From positions 433,955 through 497,954 of the forward strand of contig NMRA01000180.1 of the NCBI GenBank assembly GCA_002633005.1: 64,000 bases of DNA, read 5' to 3'. Position numbers and translations under genes: made by a program. How positions within the stretch are numbered: the first letter of the stretch is position 1; each line of letters begins with the position of its first letter. Source of the stretch: Phoronis australis (lineage: Eukaryota; Animalia; Phoronida). The notes below the pieces were generated by a model that saw only the letters and a list, made by a program, of their open reading frames with translations, did no database searches and was not told the origin of the DNA. Of the stretch, positions 47,483 to 59,980 are shown piece by piece.

Positions 47483-48433
47483 ATGATGCACTCGGACGAA
47501 GGCGAATTTTCTTCAGACTCCACACTACAGAACTCTGTTGCTTCACGGTCAATCTGGGACTCGGGAGATCAAACAACAATTACGGAATCACCAGTCAAGC
47601 CCGAAATTCCTGGTAGTTCTAATGAAAGTGCCGGGACTACTGATCAATCAGTGTTAAAAACTGATCGTCGTTTCAAGAGTGTAGAATTATCAGCTGGAGT
47701 TCCACTAGGCGCTGATCAGAAATATAAATCTGCCCCTGAATTGACTGATGCAAAATTGACTGTGTTGAAGATGGTTGATGGGCATGAGAACGTTCACTGT
47801 ACTGCAAATTCTTCTGAGAGTCATCTCAATGACAATGAAAGTGCAAGTGTTTCCACAGTAACAACGGAAACGTCGGAGGTGGTTTCACAGTCTTCTAATG
47901 TCAACACTGCATCTGGTCCCGAGTTGACAGAAATTACTGGAAAAGGAGAAAGGAATGGTACTAACAGCCACGCGATGAAATGTAGCCACTGCCAAACCAC
48001 TCAAGTGGGACTAAACAATGTTGTAGAAAACAAATCTGGACATCAGCGTCTGCAGTTAATGACATCATGCAACGCTGAGTCAGAAACAAATGTCAGCTCG
48101 TCTGGATTGACTGATCAAAATTACGTGCGGGAGAACTGTAACGGAGATGTGTTAGAAGCAGTGCCCAGCTCAAAAAGGGAAATGGATTCCAGTGGCCAGT
48201 TCACACCAGCAGCAAAATTGTCTCGTCAGTGTAGCCAGCTGCTTGCAGAGATAAGTGCTGATTCAACAAACATTGTGCCAGATTCTGGAAATCAGCATTG
48301 TGTTTCTGGGAAAGTGAATAGTGAAACACAGTGCAACCTGTTGAAACCCAACATGCAATTCCTCGGCATGTCCAAAGTTGTTTATGAAAGGGTGGTGTGT
48401 GAAAATCAGAAACTTCAAAATGAGCTGGACCAG
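47483..48433 (+). CDS. First coding exon of an uncharacterised coiled-coil protein (Ser/Thr/Glu/Asn-rich disordered N-terminus)
   Basis: 317-codon open frame; TTTTCAG acceptor ending at 47416; donor CAG|GTAATT at 48433; ends in heptad ENQKLQNELDQ. Confidence 0.75.
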
Positions 48434-51173
48434 GTAATTTTTTTAAATTTTTATATTCACCTGTCTTGGTTATTTTCCCCAGCTGCGCTTTATTGTTAAA
48501 TGGGGGACGTACTGTAATTCACTACGAGTAGACTTTTGCTTTTTCTTTTTGCCAGGTGAAAGAAATACAGCATTCTATTTTACATTGACTTTCATCTCCT
48601 TACAATACACATAATATTATGCAACAGAAGTAGAGCTTCCTTATTGGTGCATTCTTATGAGTTCTAAGCGTTTCGAACGCAACAGCTTTTTGGCTACTTT
48701 TCAACAGTCTACATTTAGCATTGTCTGTCATCAAAATACTAATTTTGTCCGCGTAGAGATCAAAAGTATTCAACTTTTATTCAAGTACCCCGGTAACCAG
48801 TTTTGAGCAAATTTGATAGCATTACATGTCAGTTAAGAACTAATATTTGAGTTTTGCCTAATGGTGTAATCAAAAATGCAAAATTAGCCACTTAGTGGCC
48901 AGGAGGACTTAATTCTCACTACTGAGTGTGCAAAATAATTGTAACCTAACTAGAATTTTTAGTTTTGGATTTGTGCACCCGTCTAATAATAGTATTATCA
49001 GGGCCTTCAATCCCACGATATAGGGGCCGAACATCGGACCCATTCCCCTCTAAAATATATTGAAAAATCAAGGGAAATTCCCCTTCTGATGTCCAAAAAA
49101 ATCCCCTCAAGTCATTGAAAAATTCCCACTTGAGGTTCGAATCACTCCCACATATTTTTAAGTGCATATTGCCCTCATCTCTGTCTCGGCATCCGCTGCT
49201 GTATCTCCTAAACCCCATGTAGTATCTTATTGAAACTTGACGGGTGTGCTCCTATGTGGCGGACGACAGATGACAATGAGTTTCAAACCGACCTGAGTAC
49301 CGCTGTGCCCCCTAGTGGCAATTTTAATTGTTTACGCTTACCTCGGTATCTTCAGAGTTCCTTGATGGATTTTCATGAAATCTGGAAAATAGGTTTTTAA
49401 TAGGGAGGCGATGATGCCGATTTACTTTTGGATGGATTTGACGAATTTTATGTCACCTTGTGGACATTTTTGTTATTTTCCGTCCTTTTTCTGGTGTCCG
49501 CCTCTTTATCTGCCGTACTGCTCGAACGATCATTGTAAAAATTTCCATATATGTTGCTGATGAGAAGACCACAACTGACATTGACTTTCGTACTGGTCCC
49601 ACTGCTGGTTGCCCCCTAGTGACCATTTTGATTTTTGCGTCTGTAGCCGAATCTCCTTAATCCTTTGAAGGAACTTTGTGAAATTTGAAAGATGTATTCC
49701 TATGGAGCTGTCGACAAACGGTAATGATTGTCGAATTGAACCAGATACCGCTGTGCCCCCGAGTGGCAAAATTTTTTTTTTTTCATTTACCTCTGTATAT
49801 TCGGATTTTAGTAATGTATTACCATGAAATTCGTCAGAAAGCTTTTTATTACGGAGGCGATGATGCCACTCCATGTTCAGACGGATTCAATGATTTTTAC
49901 TCCACCTTGTGGCCTTTTTTATTTTTAGGTCATTTTTCTGGTGTCCGCCTCTCGATCTGCTGTACTGCTCAAAGGATCATAATAAGAGTTTACAGATGTG
50001 TTAACTTCATATTTTGTACCAATGCGTAATTGGTGCAGCCTTTCCGAGCACCTTTCAATGTTGGTGACCTTGACCTCATTTTTCAGTGTCATAGCAATAT
50101 TTAATAGAATATTTTTGGTGAGATATCTTAAAAAGGAAGCTTTAGATTTTGTTCATATATTGTATCAAAGTGTGCGTGGAGCATTTCCAGGTGCCAATCA
50201 ATTTTGGAGATCTTGACCTTGGTCACTGCTGAAAAATCTTGGTTTCAGTCAAGAAATGTTGTTGGCATGATTTCTCAAAAAAAGACGCTTTAGATTTTGC
50301 TCATATTGTGGATCAAATTGTAATGTTTATCTCAAGGCACCAGTCAAATTTGCTGACCTTGACTTCATTTTAAAAGTCACAGTGAAAAAAATTCAATATT
50401 TTGAAAATGTTGGTGGGATTTCAAGAAGGTAGCTGTTCATATTTTGTACAATGTGACATCTACTTCGCAGGCTGCTGTGCTGTGTGACAGGTTAGCAGAT
50501 TCAATGAGCTTTATCCACAGCCAAAGAATGAATTTTGTACTGTGGAATGGGGACACCTAACTCTTTCTTTTCAATAGTTCTATGGGCTTAAAGGTAACTG
50601 AATGCTGGATCATTAAACATCATGTCGCCAAAAAAAACAATACAAAAATCTGGTCATGTTTGGTTTCAACTCCAGAGGACAACAGTTTCCAAATAGAGGC
50701 TAAAGCCAGATTTCATTATGGTCCATCGTTAAGCGTTCTCACAATCTTGTCTGGCACCAATATATGGAATTGCTTCATCACCAAGGAACCAAAATTTAAG
50801 CCGTCTATTTTCATAGGTAATTTTTATCCTATTTCTTTGGGAAAAAACAATCTTAGCCGAACGTCTCACAAGTAATTCAATTTCTGAAGCCAAACAGTTT
50901 AAAATCGTTGGTTTTTGTCCAAAATATATCACTTCATTTTTGCCGGTGTTTTATTGTCATCAAAGTCATCACTATTTGTTCTTCTCATGCAAACCAACCT
51001 TAAATGATCATTCTTGGTCAACTGGCGTCTTGATAACAACTCTTGTACAAGCCTATTGGCAAGTACTAGGTGTTACAAAACAAGCTAGTTTCTAATGCAA
51101 CAACGCTGTACATACATGTGTCATCCCTATACTGAAGTTGAAATACCACTTTACACACTGCCTCTTCTTTAAG

Positions 51174-51236
51174 CTTCAGAAGGAAGTGGAAAGATCCCGC
51201 AAGAAAGAGGCTTATCAAAAGAATATGGTAGTCCAG
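51174..51236 (+). CDS. Coiled-coil gene exon (LQKEVERSRKKEAYQKNMVVQ)
   Basis: 63 nt, phase 0-0, TTTAAG acceptor and CAG|GTAAT donor. Confidence 0.65.
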
Positions 51237-51964
51237 GTAATATGTAATACTAACTATGAAAAATATTCAATGTGGAACTCAAATAATTGATGAAATTGTC
51301 ATATTTCTATTTTTAGAAGGCTTGCCACGTTATTGTAAATGCCGAAAATTTTACCAAATGTTGTTTGGTGATAGCTACATGATATAAAAACCCTGTTAAA
51401 AGCGTAGTAAGTTTTCCTGAAAAGTTACTTTTGTTTACAAATTTGAGAAAATAAAATGTTACTTGTCTGCTATATTGTGTCCCAAACTGAGGAATGTTTA
51501 CAGTTCTTCTGCATACCTATGGGACTTTTTTGAGGCCTTGGCCATACAGCTTGTATTTCGAAGTTTTTCCAGGTGGAAGTTAAATTTTAAGTTTTTTGTA
51601 TACCGACCTGCAGCAGAGTAGTTGTTGTTTTAGTAAATTTTATTCTTAAAATATCATGCAGTATGGTTCTTCAGTAAAATAGTACTTTAAGTTTTGCATT
51701 GCCAGGTTTGTAAATACATTTTGGTGGCCTTTTTGGTAGGTAAATCAAAGAAAATGCTCCAGGCCAATGTTATCTTGCCTTGATTCAATGATTAAAGGTC
51801 GTGCAGTCATTTGTAAGTTTACCAAGAATTTGTATTCCTCTATGTTGATGAAATGGTTGTGTGCCATCTCGCTAAATAAGTTTATACAATTGGTGAGTCA
51901 AATATTAGACGAATTTCATGAGACACAATGGGTTACTTACAATAAGTTAAATGTTTTCAACCAT

Positions 51965-52115
51965 CAGTGGCTGTGGTCATATTCAGAATGTTGGCAAGGT
52001 GGACTTGCGGTCACGTGATGAATTTCCCGCCCTGGGTTAACTGGCCCAAGGCAGGAAATTCATTACGTGACTACAAGTCCACATTGCCATGATTCTGAGG
52101 ATGAGCGCAGCCACT
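51965..52115. repeat. Palindromic MITE-like hairpin
   Basis: AGTGGCTG...GTGGACTTG...CACGTGATGAATTTCC / GGAAATTCATTACGTG...CAAGTCCAC...CAGCCACT. Confidence 0.8.
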
Positions 52116-52143
52116 AACGCTTTGGTATTGCCTCCTTCTACAG

Positions 52144-52209
52144 GTTCAGAAGGAAATGGAACAGTCACTTGATAGAGAAAGAGCTTCTCACAAGAGTATC
52201 ATGTACCAG
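52144..52209 (+). CDS. Coiled-coil gene exon (VQKEMEQSLDRERASHKSIMYQ)
   Basis: 66 nt, phase 0-0, CTACAG acceptor and CAG|GTAATT donor. Confidence 0.7.
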
Positions 52210-53188
52210 GTAATTGTTGAGATTATGTAGCTTTTACTTAGACATTTACTCATACATCGTGTTTTATATACATAGCTTTTATATGTGCTAAGCTCTCACA
52301 AAACTTAAGTTTATAGTGGAACAACATACGTGGAAGTGAAATACGTGATCACTTGAAAATATTACAAAGAGAGAATATAGACAAAAAATTGTAAAGGCGT
52401 GTTAGAATCTGCCATAGATGTGAAAGCTGCATCTGTCCACCAGAAGGCACTTATTTTGAGGAAGGAAGGATTTTACCACTGTTGTATCATGTTCTTTGAA
52501 GTCATAGACACATCTGGTCCTGGGGTGTTCTCTCTTAACTTGAAACTCAATTAAAAAATTAATCCAATGGCTTGGCGTGATTGGCGTTAACACATTTGTT
52601 CTTGAATCATGCCGGTTGATTGGTTGGTTTTGAGTCGGAGTTTGGAGACTAGGTGATGCGCCCTAGTTCTGTTACTGCAAGCTCGTAGAACAAGTGAGTG
52701 CTCAGTAGATGTTAAAATTGCATCCATTTTGTGAAGAGTGAAATGGGTCGAAATGGGTGACAACTTTCAGTGTCAGGGTGGTTTCAATTCTTAAATCAGT
52801 TTCATTTTTTTCATATTGTGACTTAAGTGGGTCAGATTTTATCATTGAATTTAATTTAAGTTAATGGTCTGTGAATTGGTAACAATTGAGCTGTGGGCTT
52901 GTCTTTGGTACCAAAAACTATCTGCATATACTGTACTTATTCCAAAGTGTTTTGAGACAATTGTATCAATTTAGTGCGCAACAGTTAGCTTACATAATTT
53001 CATTTTTAATTATTTGGCATATTATATTAAAAAATAATGTGCCAAATCTAAAAAGCAAGATTCGCATTCTGTTGTGTTTAGGTCCTTTTCAAGACTACAA
53101 ACTTAAGGTGAAAGCGTACATTGTGTATTTAAGAAGACAAACTTGTGAGGACCGTCTTTTGATGGTTAAAGCTGGGACTCTTTTTAAG

Positions 53189-53302
53189 GTTCACAAGAAG
53201 ATGGAAAAGCTTCAAGCTGAACTGAAACTGTCACAAGAAAAGGAATCGGAACAAAGTAAACAGATTCGTGGGAAAGAGTCTATTCCTCAACCACTTGACT
53301 TG
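53189..53302 (+). CDS. Coiled-coil gene exon (VHKKMEKLQAELKLSQEKESEQ...PLDL)
   Basis: 114 nt, phase 0-0, TTTTAAG acceptor and G|GTAATT donor. Confidence 0.68.
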
Positions 53303-53361
53303 GTAATTTCTGGTTTATACTTAGTATATTGACTGTTACATGCTTTCATTTTTTATTGTGT

Positions 53362-53688
53362 TTTTGGTTATACAGAATTGGTTAAACGCACGACACTTTT
53401 CATTGTTCACAGTCGTTATTCCGTTACGTTCATACCTGTGGAACAAAGCTGTACTCTCAACTGAACATAAATAAAGTAAGTGACCTAGCGACATCATTGA
53501 AAGACACACGATATTTCGAACATATTGTTTCATTCTCAAGTGAAGATAAAATGATGCAGTAATGTCACCACAGAGCATAAGCTGATGACACACAGTGGCA
53601 GTTTTGTTCCGTAGGTATGAACGTAATGGAATAAAGACTGAACAATGAAAAGTGTCGTGCGTTTAACCAATTCTGTATAACCGAAAAG
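53362..53688. mobile_element. MITE with ~88-bp near-perfect TIRs
   Basis: TTTTGGTTATACAGAATTGGTTAAACGCACGACACTTTTCATTGTTCA... and its reverse complement. Confidence 0.85.
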
Positions 53689-54065
53689 TTGCTCCCGAAG
53701 TACAGCCAGTTCAAGTTATTATGTTTTATATATTTATGTATTTAAGTATTTATTATTAAGTGGATACGTTTATTTTTATGCACCATAGGCATTCAGGTTA
53801 ACCTCCATTTAGAAAGTTCAATAATATTGTTAATGGATGTGTTCAATCATTTTCAGCTTTTTAAAGTTTCTCAATTTAAATACCCCATTGTGCATTAACC
53901 TAAACTTGTCCAAGTTTGACTGGTCATAAAAAGCCCAGATAATTAGAAAGATATTAAAGAAAACAAATTACAAGCACTTTACCAAATGATGTCAAATTTT
54001 CAACACAGTCTACAGGGTCTAGACGTTTCATTTATTAACTGTAAACATCGTCGGTGGAAAACAAC

Positions 54066-54374
54066 ACCTCTAAAAGGTGACCACTGGAGAATGATAAAAC
54101 ACTACAATGACAGACACTAAATGAAAAGGGGCAGGTAACAAAAACGGGGAGCCAGAGCCCAAGTTGTAACTTGGTGGAAGACTTATTGTTATTCAAGGAG
54201 AGGAAGACTCTAGAATCAAGGATGTGCAGGCTTTTTTTAATGTGCTGGGTATGGGTTCTGTTGTTGTGACATAATATACATGCCATATCACTGTCATAAT
54301 GGTGTGTATTCTCTTTTCATTTTGTGTCTGTCATTCTAGTGTTTGGTCATTCCACAATGATCTCTCTTTAGGTG
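54066..54374. mobile_element. Older MITE with imperfect ~65-bp inverted ends
   Basis: AACACTACAATGACAGACACTAAATGAAAAG vs CTTTTCATTTTGTGTCTGTCATTCTAGTGTT. Confidence 0.6.
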
Positions 54375-55424
54375 CAGGATTTCCCAGTTACTTTGCTTTT
54401 AGTTTACTTAAGAAACGAAACATCTGGACCCTATATATACTGTTCTAATTATGACACGATTTGCTGAAGCGCTTGTTATTTGTTTTCTTGTATTGATGTG
54501 GCCTAAAGCCAAAGCAGTGTAAAGAAATTGTCTGTGACAACCCTGTGCCTAAGATACCCTCAGGGCAGAAAAGTGGGAGGCCTCACCTACAATGTGGGGA
54601 CTGGAATCGGTAAATTAAAAAGACGTACAGTCTTGGGACCAAGGCTTCTTGTCAATTTTCTTGTTGCAAACACTGTAAGGCACTGCAAAGACATTCAACA
54701 TTATTTGTGTGCCCTGGTGGACACGTTTGCATTGTGAAATTTGTACCCAGCTCGGTAAAATTGTTTTGTCGCCACAAAAGTGCTTTCAAAATTGAATTCT
54801 GCGGTAAACTCATCTAGTGCTCGAGTGCATGCAAAAATTATTACAGATTAACGAAAACTAACTATTATTACAGATCAACAAAAACTAACTATTATTAATT
54901 ACAGATCAATGAAAACTAACTTTTATTACAGATCAACGAAAACTAACCCTATTGTCCTCTAGCTGTTTGTTCAGTTAGTCTGGACAATTTCAGTATGAAT
55001 CGTAAAATCATGAAGAAGTAAATCTTACAGTTAACTGTAAACCTGTTGTTTAAAGTTCTTTTACGTATCATCAGTTGTTAACCTACAAAAGAACTGTACT
55101 CATCCAGGATCATGCCTGTGTTATACGATCGAGACTTCCTTGAAAGTGCCCATTCATTTGTGTTAGCTCACCTCTCGCAAATTTCAGCTCCCAAAACATT
55201 CAAAACTCGGCTTTCCTACTATGTTTTATCTGACGCTTGCACTCAAAATTTCATTTTTAAATGCCCAAACTTGTCTTACATAACACCCCCCCCTCTTATT
55301 TTTGTAGTTTCAAAATGCAGGTGCCTGCATTTTGAGAACCAGTTTTCTCCACTGAGTACCGTGCATCAAACTGGTTCTCAAACTACAGGCACATTATATC
55401 AGACTTTTGCCTCATTCATTTTAG

Positions 55425-55649
55425 CAAGCGAGTAGAGATAAGCGTAACATGGAGAGGCTTCGGAAAGAAAATGAAACCTTGAAGAAGGACAAGGAAGACT
55501 TGAAAATCGAAAATGAGTCGTTGAAGAATGAAAGTGAATTGTTAAAGAATGAAAAGAAAACAAGTGAATACTTAAAAAATGAGAATGAAGTTTTGAAGAA
55601 CGGAAATGAAGTTTTGGAGAGGAAACTAGAAGAACTGACCCAGCAGGAG
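55425..55649 (+). CDS. Coiled-coil gene exon with LKxENExL heptad repeats
   Basis: 225 nt, phase 0-0, TTTTAG acceptor and GAG|GTAATT donor; leucine-zipper periodicity. Confidence 0.75.
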
Positions 55650-58600
55650 GTAATTTCCATATTGCAGGGCTGGTGTAATTAGACATTACTATAAAACCCA
55701 TGAGGTTTATAGCAAGTCAGGGTGGACACATTTCAGAATTTATCACCTCAAAAATTTCAGGATTATATCCACTGACCTGCCGTAAAGGTTCATACATAAT
55801 TTCACAGAAGCACAAGAGGTTGGTGCACCATTTCACAAAATGATTTCCAGGGCCCTCGTTCATCTGAGGGAAAAGGTGTCTATGTCTTCTGGAGAGAAGA
55901 ACGTTTTGGGGTGAGAGGAAAATTCTACCTACCGATCACCATCAATAACACCCACTCACCCTGTTGCAAGTCCTCAAAGGCTTTGCCTCAAGTAGACACA
56001 ACTTAAATGATTTGTGCTCTTTCAAATTGTTGCCTGTGTGAGTTACAAGTGATTTGAACCCCTAGGAGAAATTTTCAGTGACTTGAGGAGAACTTTTGGG
56101 CCTCATGAGGAGAATGTTGCATGATTTTTCAATATTTTTTAGAGGGGAATGGGGCCAATATTCGGGCCCAAAATCGATAGACGGATTTAGGGCCCTGAGC
56201 TCACTCATGTCACAAGATCTGGTGATTGTTAGAACTGTTTGCAATACTTAGTGTAGAAATTCTTCAGCTTAGTACACAATATGGCTGGCAATTGAAATTA
56301 CGCTATGTGAGTTGGGTAAGCATCCTTTTGTCCTAAGTGCTCATCACATGTAGTAGTGTTTATTTATTTTTCATAATTTAATCTTTTTCTTAGAAAACTG
56401 CTTGGGCATTGTATTTAGGCTGGAGGTGAGGTGTTTTACAGCCTCCATTTTGAAATCATATTCCATGTCTTCATTTTTATTGATCCGTGACATTCCATTT
56501 GTGACCTTTGGTACTTTTGATACTTCTATTATTGTAGAAAATATCATGAATGTGGGTCTATATAGATTACTAAAAGCAATGAACTATGACTGATGCTGAA
56601 AACTTTCTATCCACAAATTTGTCTCCACATATGCTTAGAAGCTCAAGGTCAAAACAATTTCACTATTTTCTGGCAGAATAAAACGCTCCTTTAAGGTTAT
56701 GAAGGATTTTATCGACATGTCTGTGCATTTAATAAAATATCTAGAAAACTAGATTTTAACTCAGTAAAAGTATATATTTTCTGAATAATTATATTTTATA
56801 TTTTTTCCAATATGTTATTAATTGGATTATTTATTTTATATTTTTTCCAATATGTAATTAATTGGATTACGTGACTGCGTCTTTTTGGTAAAATTTAGCA
56901 AAAAGGCACTTGGATATTAGAACAGCAGTGTCAATAACACGATCAAATTTTATTTGATATGCAGTGTTTCTTCACTTGTTTAGCACACAATAGTGAAATC
57001 CTATTTTGTCAAATTTCTCCACAAAAATAAAATTTTTTAGTCTATTACTAGCATGGTTTTTATTGTGTAGAGGTCATACAACTTGTATGTTTTTAGGTAC
57101 TTGACATAATACACAGGCTTATCAATAACATCCTTTGTAACCTTAAAATCACTATATTGGGGATTGTGGTTTGAAGGAGATCTGTGAAAATTTTAAAAGG
57201 CATGAACCAAAAAGGGCTTTCAGAGCTCTTTTTGGAAAAAAGGGTAGTCGCTTATGAAAACCCTGACAACGAACAACTTTTGGGTTACGTGCAACCTGAT
57301 TAAGGGCCACCCTAAAGCATAAAAATGAGAGAAAAGTGCTACCTTGGAGGTGGAATTGTCTTTCTTCCAAGAAATTCAGTGCTTGCAGGTAGATGATTTG
57401 TGTTTGCAGAAATGCATCATTGCACATTTTTTCAGTCAACCAAATCTAAATTCTGTTTTTGGCATATCTAAGTTTCTAACAGTAGTTGTATATTCATGGA
57501 ACTTAAGGATATCCCAAATGTTATTCACAAAAATTGGCCTTTTTTACAACATTTCACGTGTCTAGTCAAATGCCTAATGTTCATTGTCGGGGAACTTCAA
57601 CAATACTGAAAGATCTGGTGATCTCATCCAAATCATAAATATGAACTAAGTCTGGACAAGTGTCTGCTATGTAGGGTGTCACTATGACTAGATACTTGTC
57701 AATGACGGTAAACAAAACACAAGGATGTCCAGAATGGTTGTATAACGTAAGTTGTTTTGCTGGGATAGTATGTCATAGGAAATGATTAAACTTGCACTTA
57801 ATTTACTTCATGAGAATTCATGGCATGTAACGAGAGAAAAAAGATTTAGCAAAACCACCTTCAATTGCGTGGAAATTTGTTTACTACTTATCCAAGGTTA
57901 AAGGTTATAGGGCTGTCACTCAAATCGAATCTCCTGCCAGGCACAGCAGTTCCGTATGTACCCTCGGTCTTTTCATTCACTGAGTCGCCATAATAGTGAG
58001 TCAATGAGGTATACATGGCATAGAAAGATGCCGTGGAAAAGACCGAGGGATTTGTGTGTCTGCATGCATACGACAGTTGAGAACGAATGCACTGAGCCCG
58101 AGTCGCAGCACCGCCTCTGTGATTTATTCTTCACGAACACAGCAAGTTGTAAAAATGATGAATCCTCACCCAAGTTCATTAATTTCATCAGTAATTTGAC
58201 ATTTGGCCGTTTTGACCTCGGGCTTTAACCACCGACTCGATTTCTATTGTGCATTAATTTTGGTACTTGGTTTCTTCTCCTGGTGCGTGGTGTTTGTCAC
58301 ATTGAACTGTTGACTTATTATTAACTGACTCCGTCTTTGCTGTATTTAGACTCGTGGCACATTTACACAATTAAAATTGTTTGGTGTTAATTAAGTTAAT
58401 TACGCACTACAAATTCAGTTGACAATGCCAGTGAATGTTGAAATAGTGAACATGATTGAGCCATGTATAGGTTATATTGACCAAAAACAAGTTTTCGCCA
58501 AATAATTAAGCGATAACCGTAAGATTTTGAATACTCACATTTTCTGCTTATTCTCGGCTCCAGCAAATCGATTAAATTTGAACTTAGGAACATGAGCTCT

Positions 58601-59868
58601 CGAAAATGACTGAAACTTTCCAATTTTGATATTATTCATCAATCTCCAAAACGCTGTTAGGATTTTCCTAGTTTTTGTGTACCATAAGATAGACGAGTAC
58701 GACTGCTATTTTTTACAAAAAAAAAACGTTTTGTTTTGGGAAAAAAAACTAAGTGAAGAATTTAAAATTCCTATCAGCGTTTTTAGGTGGATTATGAAGT
58801 TTTCATTAAAAAGCGGGGGTTTCATTAAAATTAACCAACGGGTTGTTTTGCTGTATGAATGTACCTTAAGTTAATTAAATTAAAGTGAAATTTTATAAAG
58901 GTGATTACATAATTGTAATAATGGCACATAAATATTTGTATAATCTCTGATCTTTTTCTCTCAGAAAATATGTAACTTTTTCTAGTCGACATAGCATGTT
59001 TTTTATATATGAGTTAGAATGAAGGTCACTAAATAAAGTTTGAGGTAACCTTAATGCAGCAAAAAAATAGTTTACAACAATCACTAATTTGTGTCCAGGT
59101 AACCGAGGAGCTTAAACATGTGTAAAAGTGTACACTAGTCAAATTCTTGCAGAAATGTACACAAGCGCCTTTTGAAAAAATGATGTGCAATATTGGCGCA
59201 AATTATGCAAGCAGGTGCTTTAAATTTGCTTGAAAGCAGGGCTGCACAGCATTGAAAATGACGTGAATACAGACCCGGTCCAAAAATCTTTTCACCTTAA
59301 AAGTGGCTTTCTTGAAAAACTGTCTGGTCACATTTTTTGTTTACTAAAAGCTATGTTACTTTAATCAAATGTTTTAACTTTTGGAAAATTACTAAAAATA
59401 GTCTTACCATTTTTTTCTTTGGTGAAAATCTTCCACTATAGTTCATGAATTGAAGAGTCTTTATCGCAAAGCTGTTATCAAGCCTACATTGATTTCATAC
59501 ATCCTGTCAGGGGCTTCTTATGCTGTCTTTATGTACGGCAGTTCTGCAAACGTATGTATAATTCAAATCAAATCATGTGTGCAAGAATATGCACTGGCCA
59601 AAGGTTTTCTTTGAAATACTGCAATTCTACAAACATCATGCTCAGAAATTTCCCAGTGGGAAATTCCCTTATCTAATGTCAACTACAGTATGCTCAGATA
59701 AGATCTTGCCTCTCTTGGTCATGTCTGACTTTGCTTGACCATTTGGCTGGGCAGTAACTGAGCTGTGTGGCATATTTCTGGGAAACCGGTCTATTTTTCC
59801 AAGAAAAGTCGCCAATCTCTATGTAAAATTGTTGGTGTGTGTACTGTCTTTTTATGGAAACATCTCAG

Positions 59869-59980
59869 GTCAGCGAATAAAATGCCCAGAGTTTTTGCAA
59901 ATACCGCCATTCAAGCAAAACCAACGGAGAACGCAGGCGATATGTCTTTCCAAAACACCCATCAGAATGAGCAACTGCAG
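59869..59980 (+). CDS. Possible further exon of the coiled-coil gene (…TENAGDMSFQNTHQNEQLQ)
   Basis: Good donor CAG|GTAAAT and coding-like composition, but the acceptor phase does not join directly to the previous exon. Confidence 0.3.
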
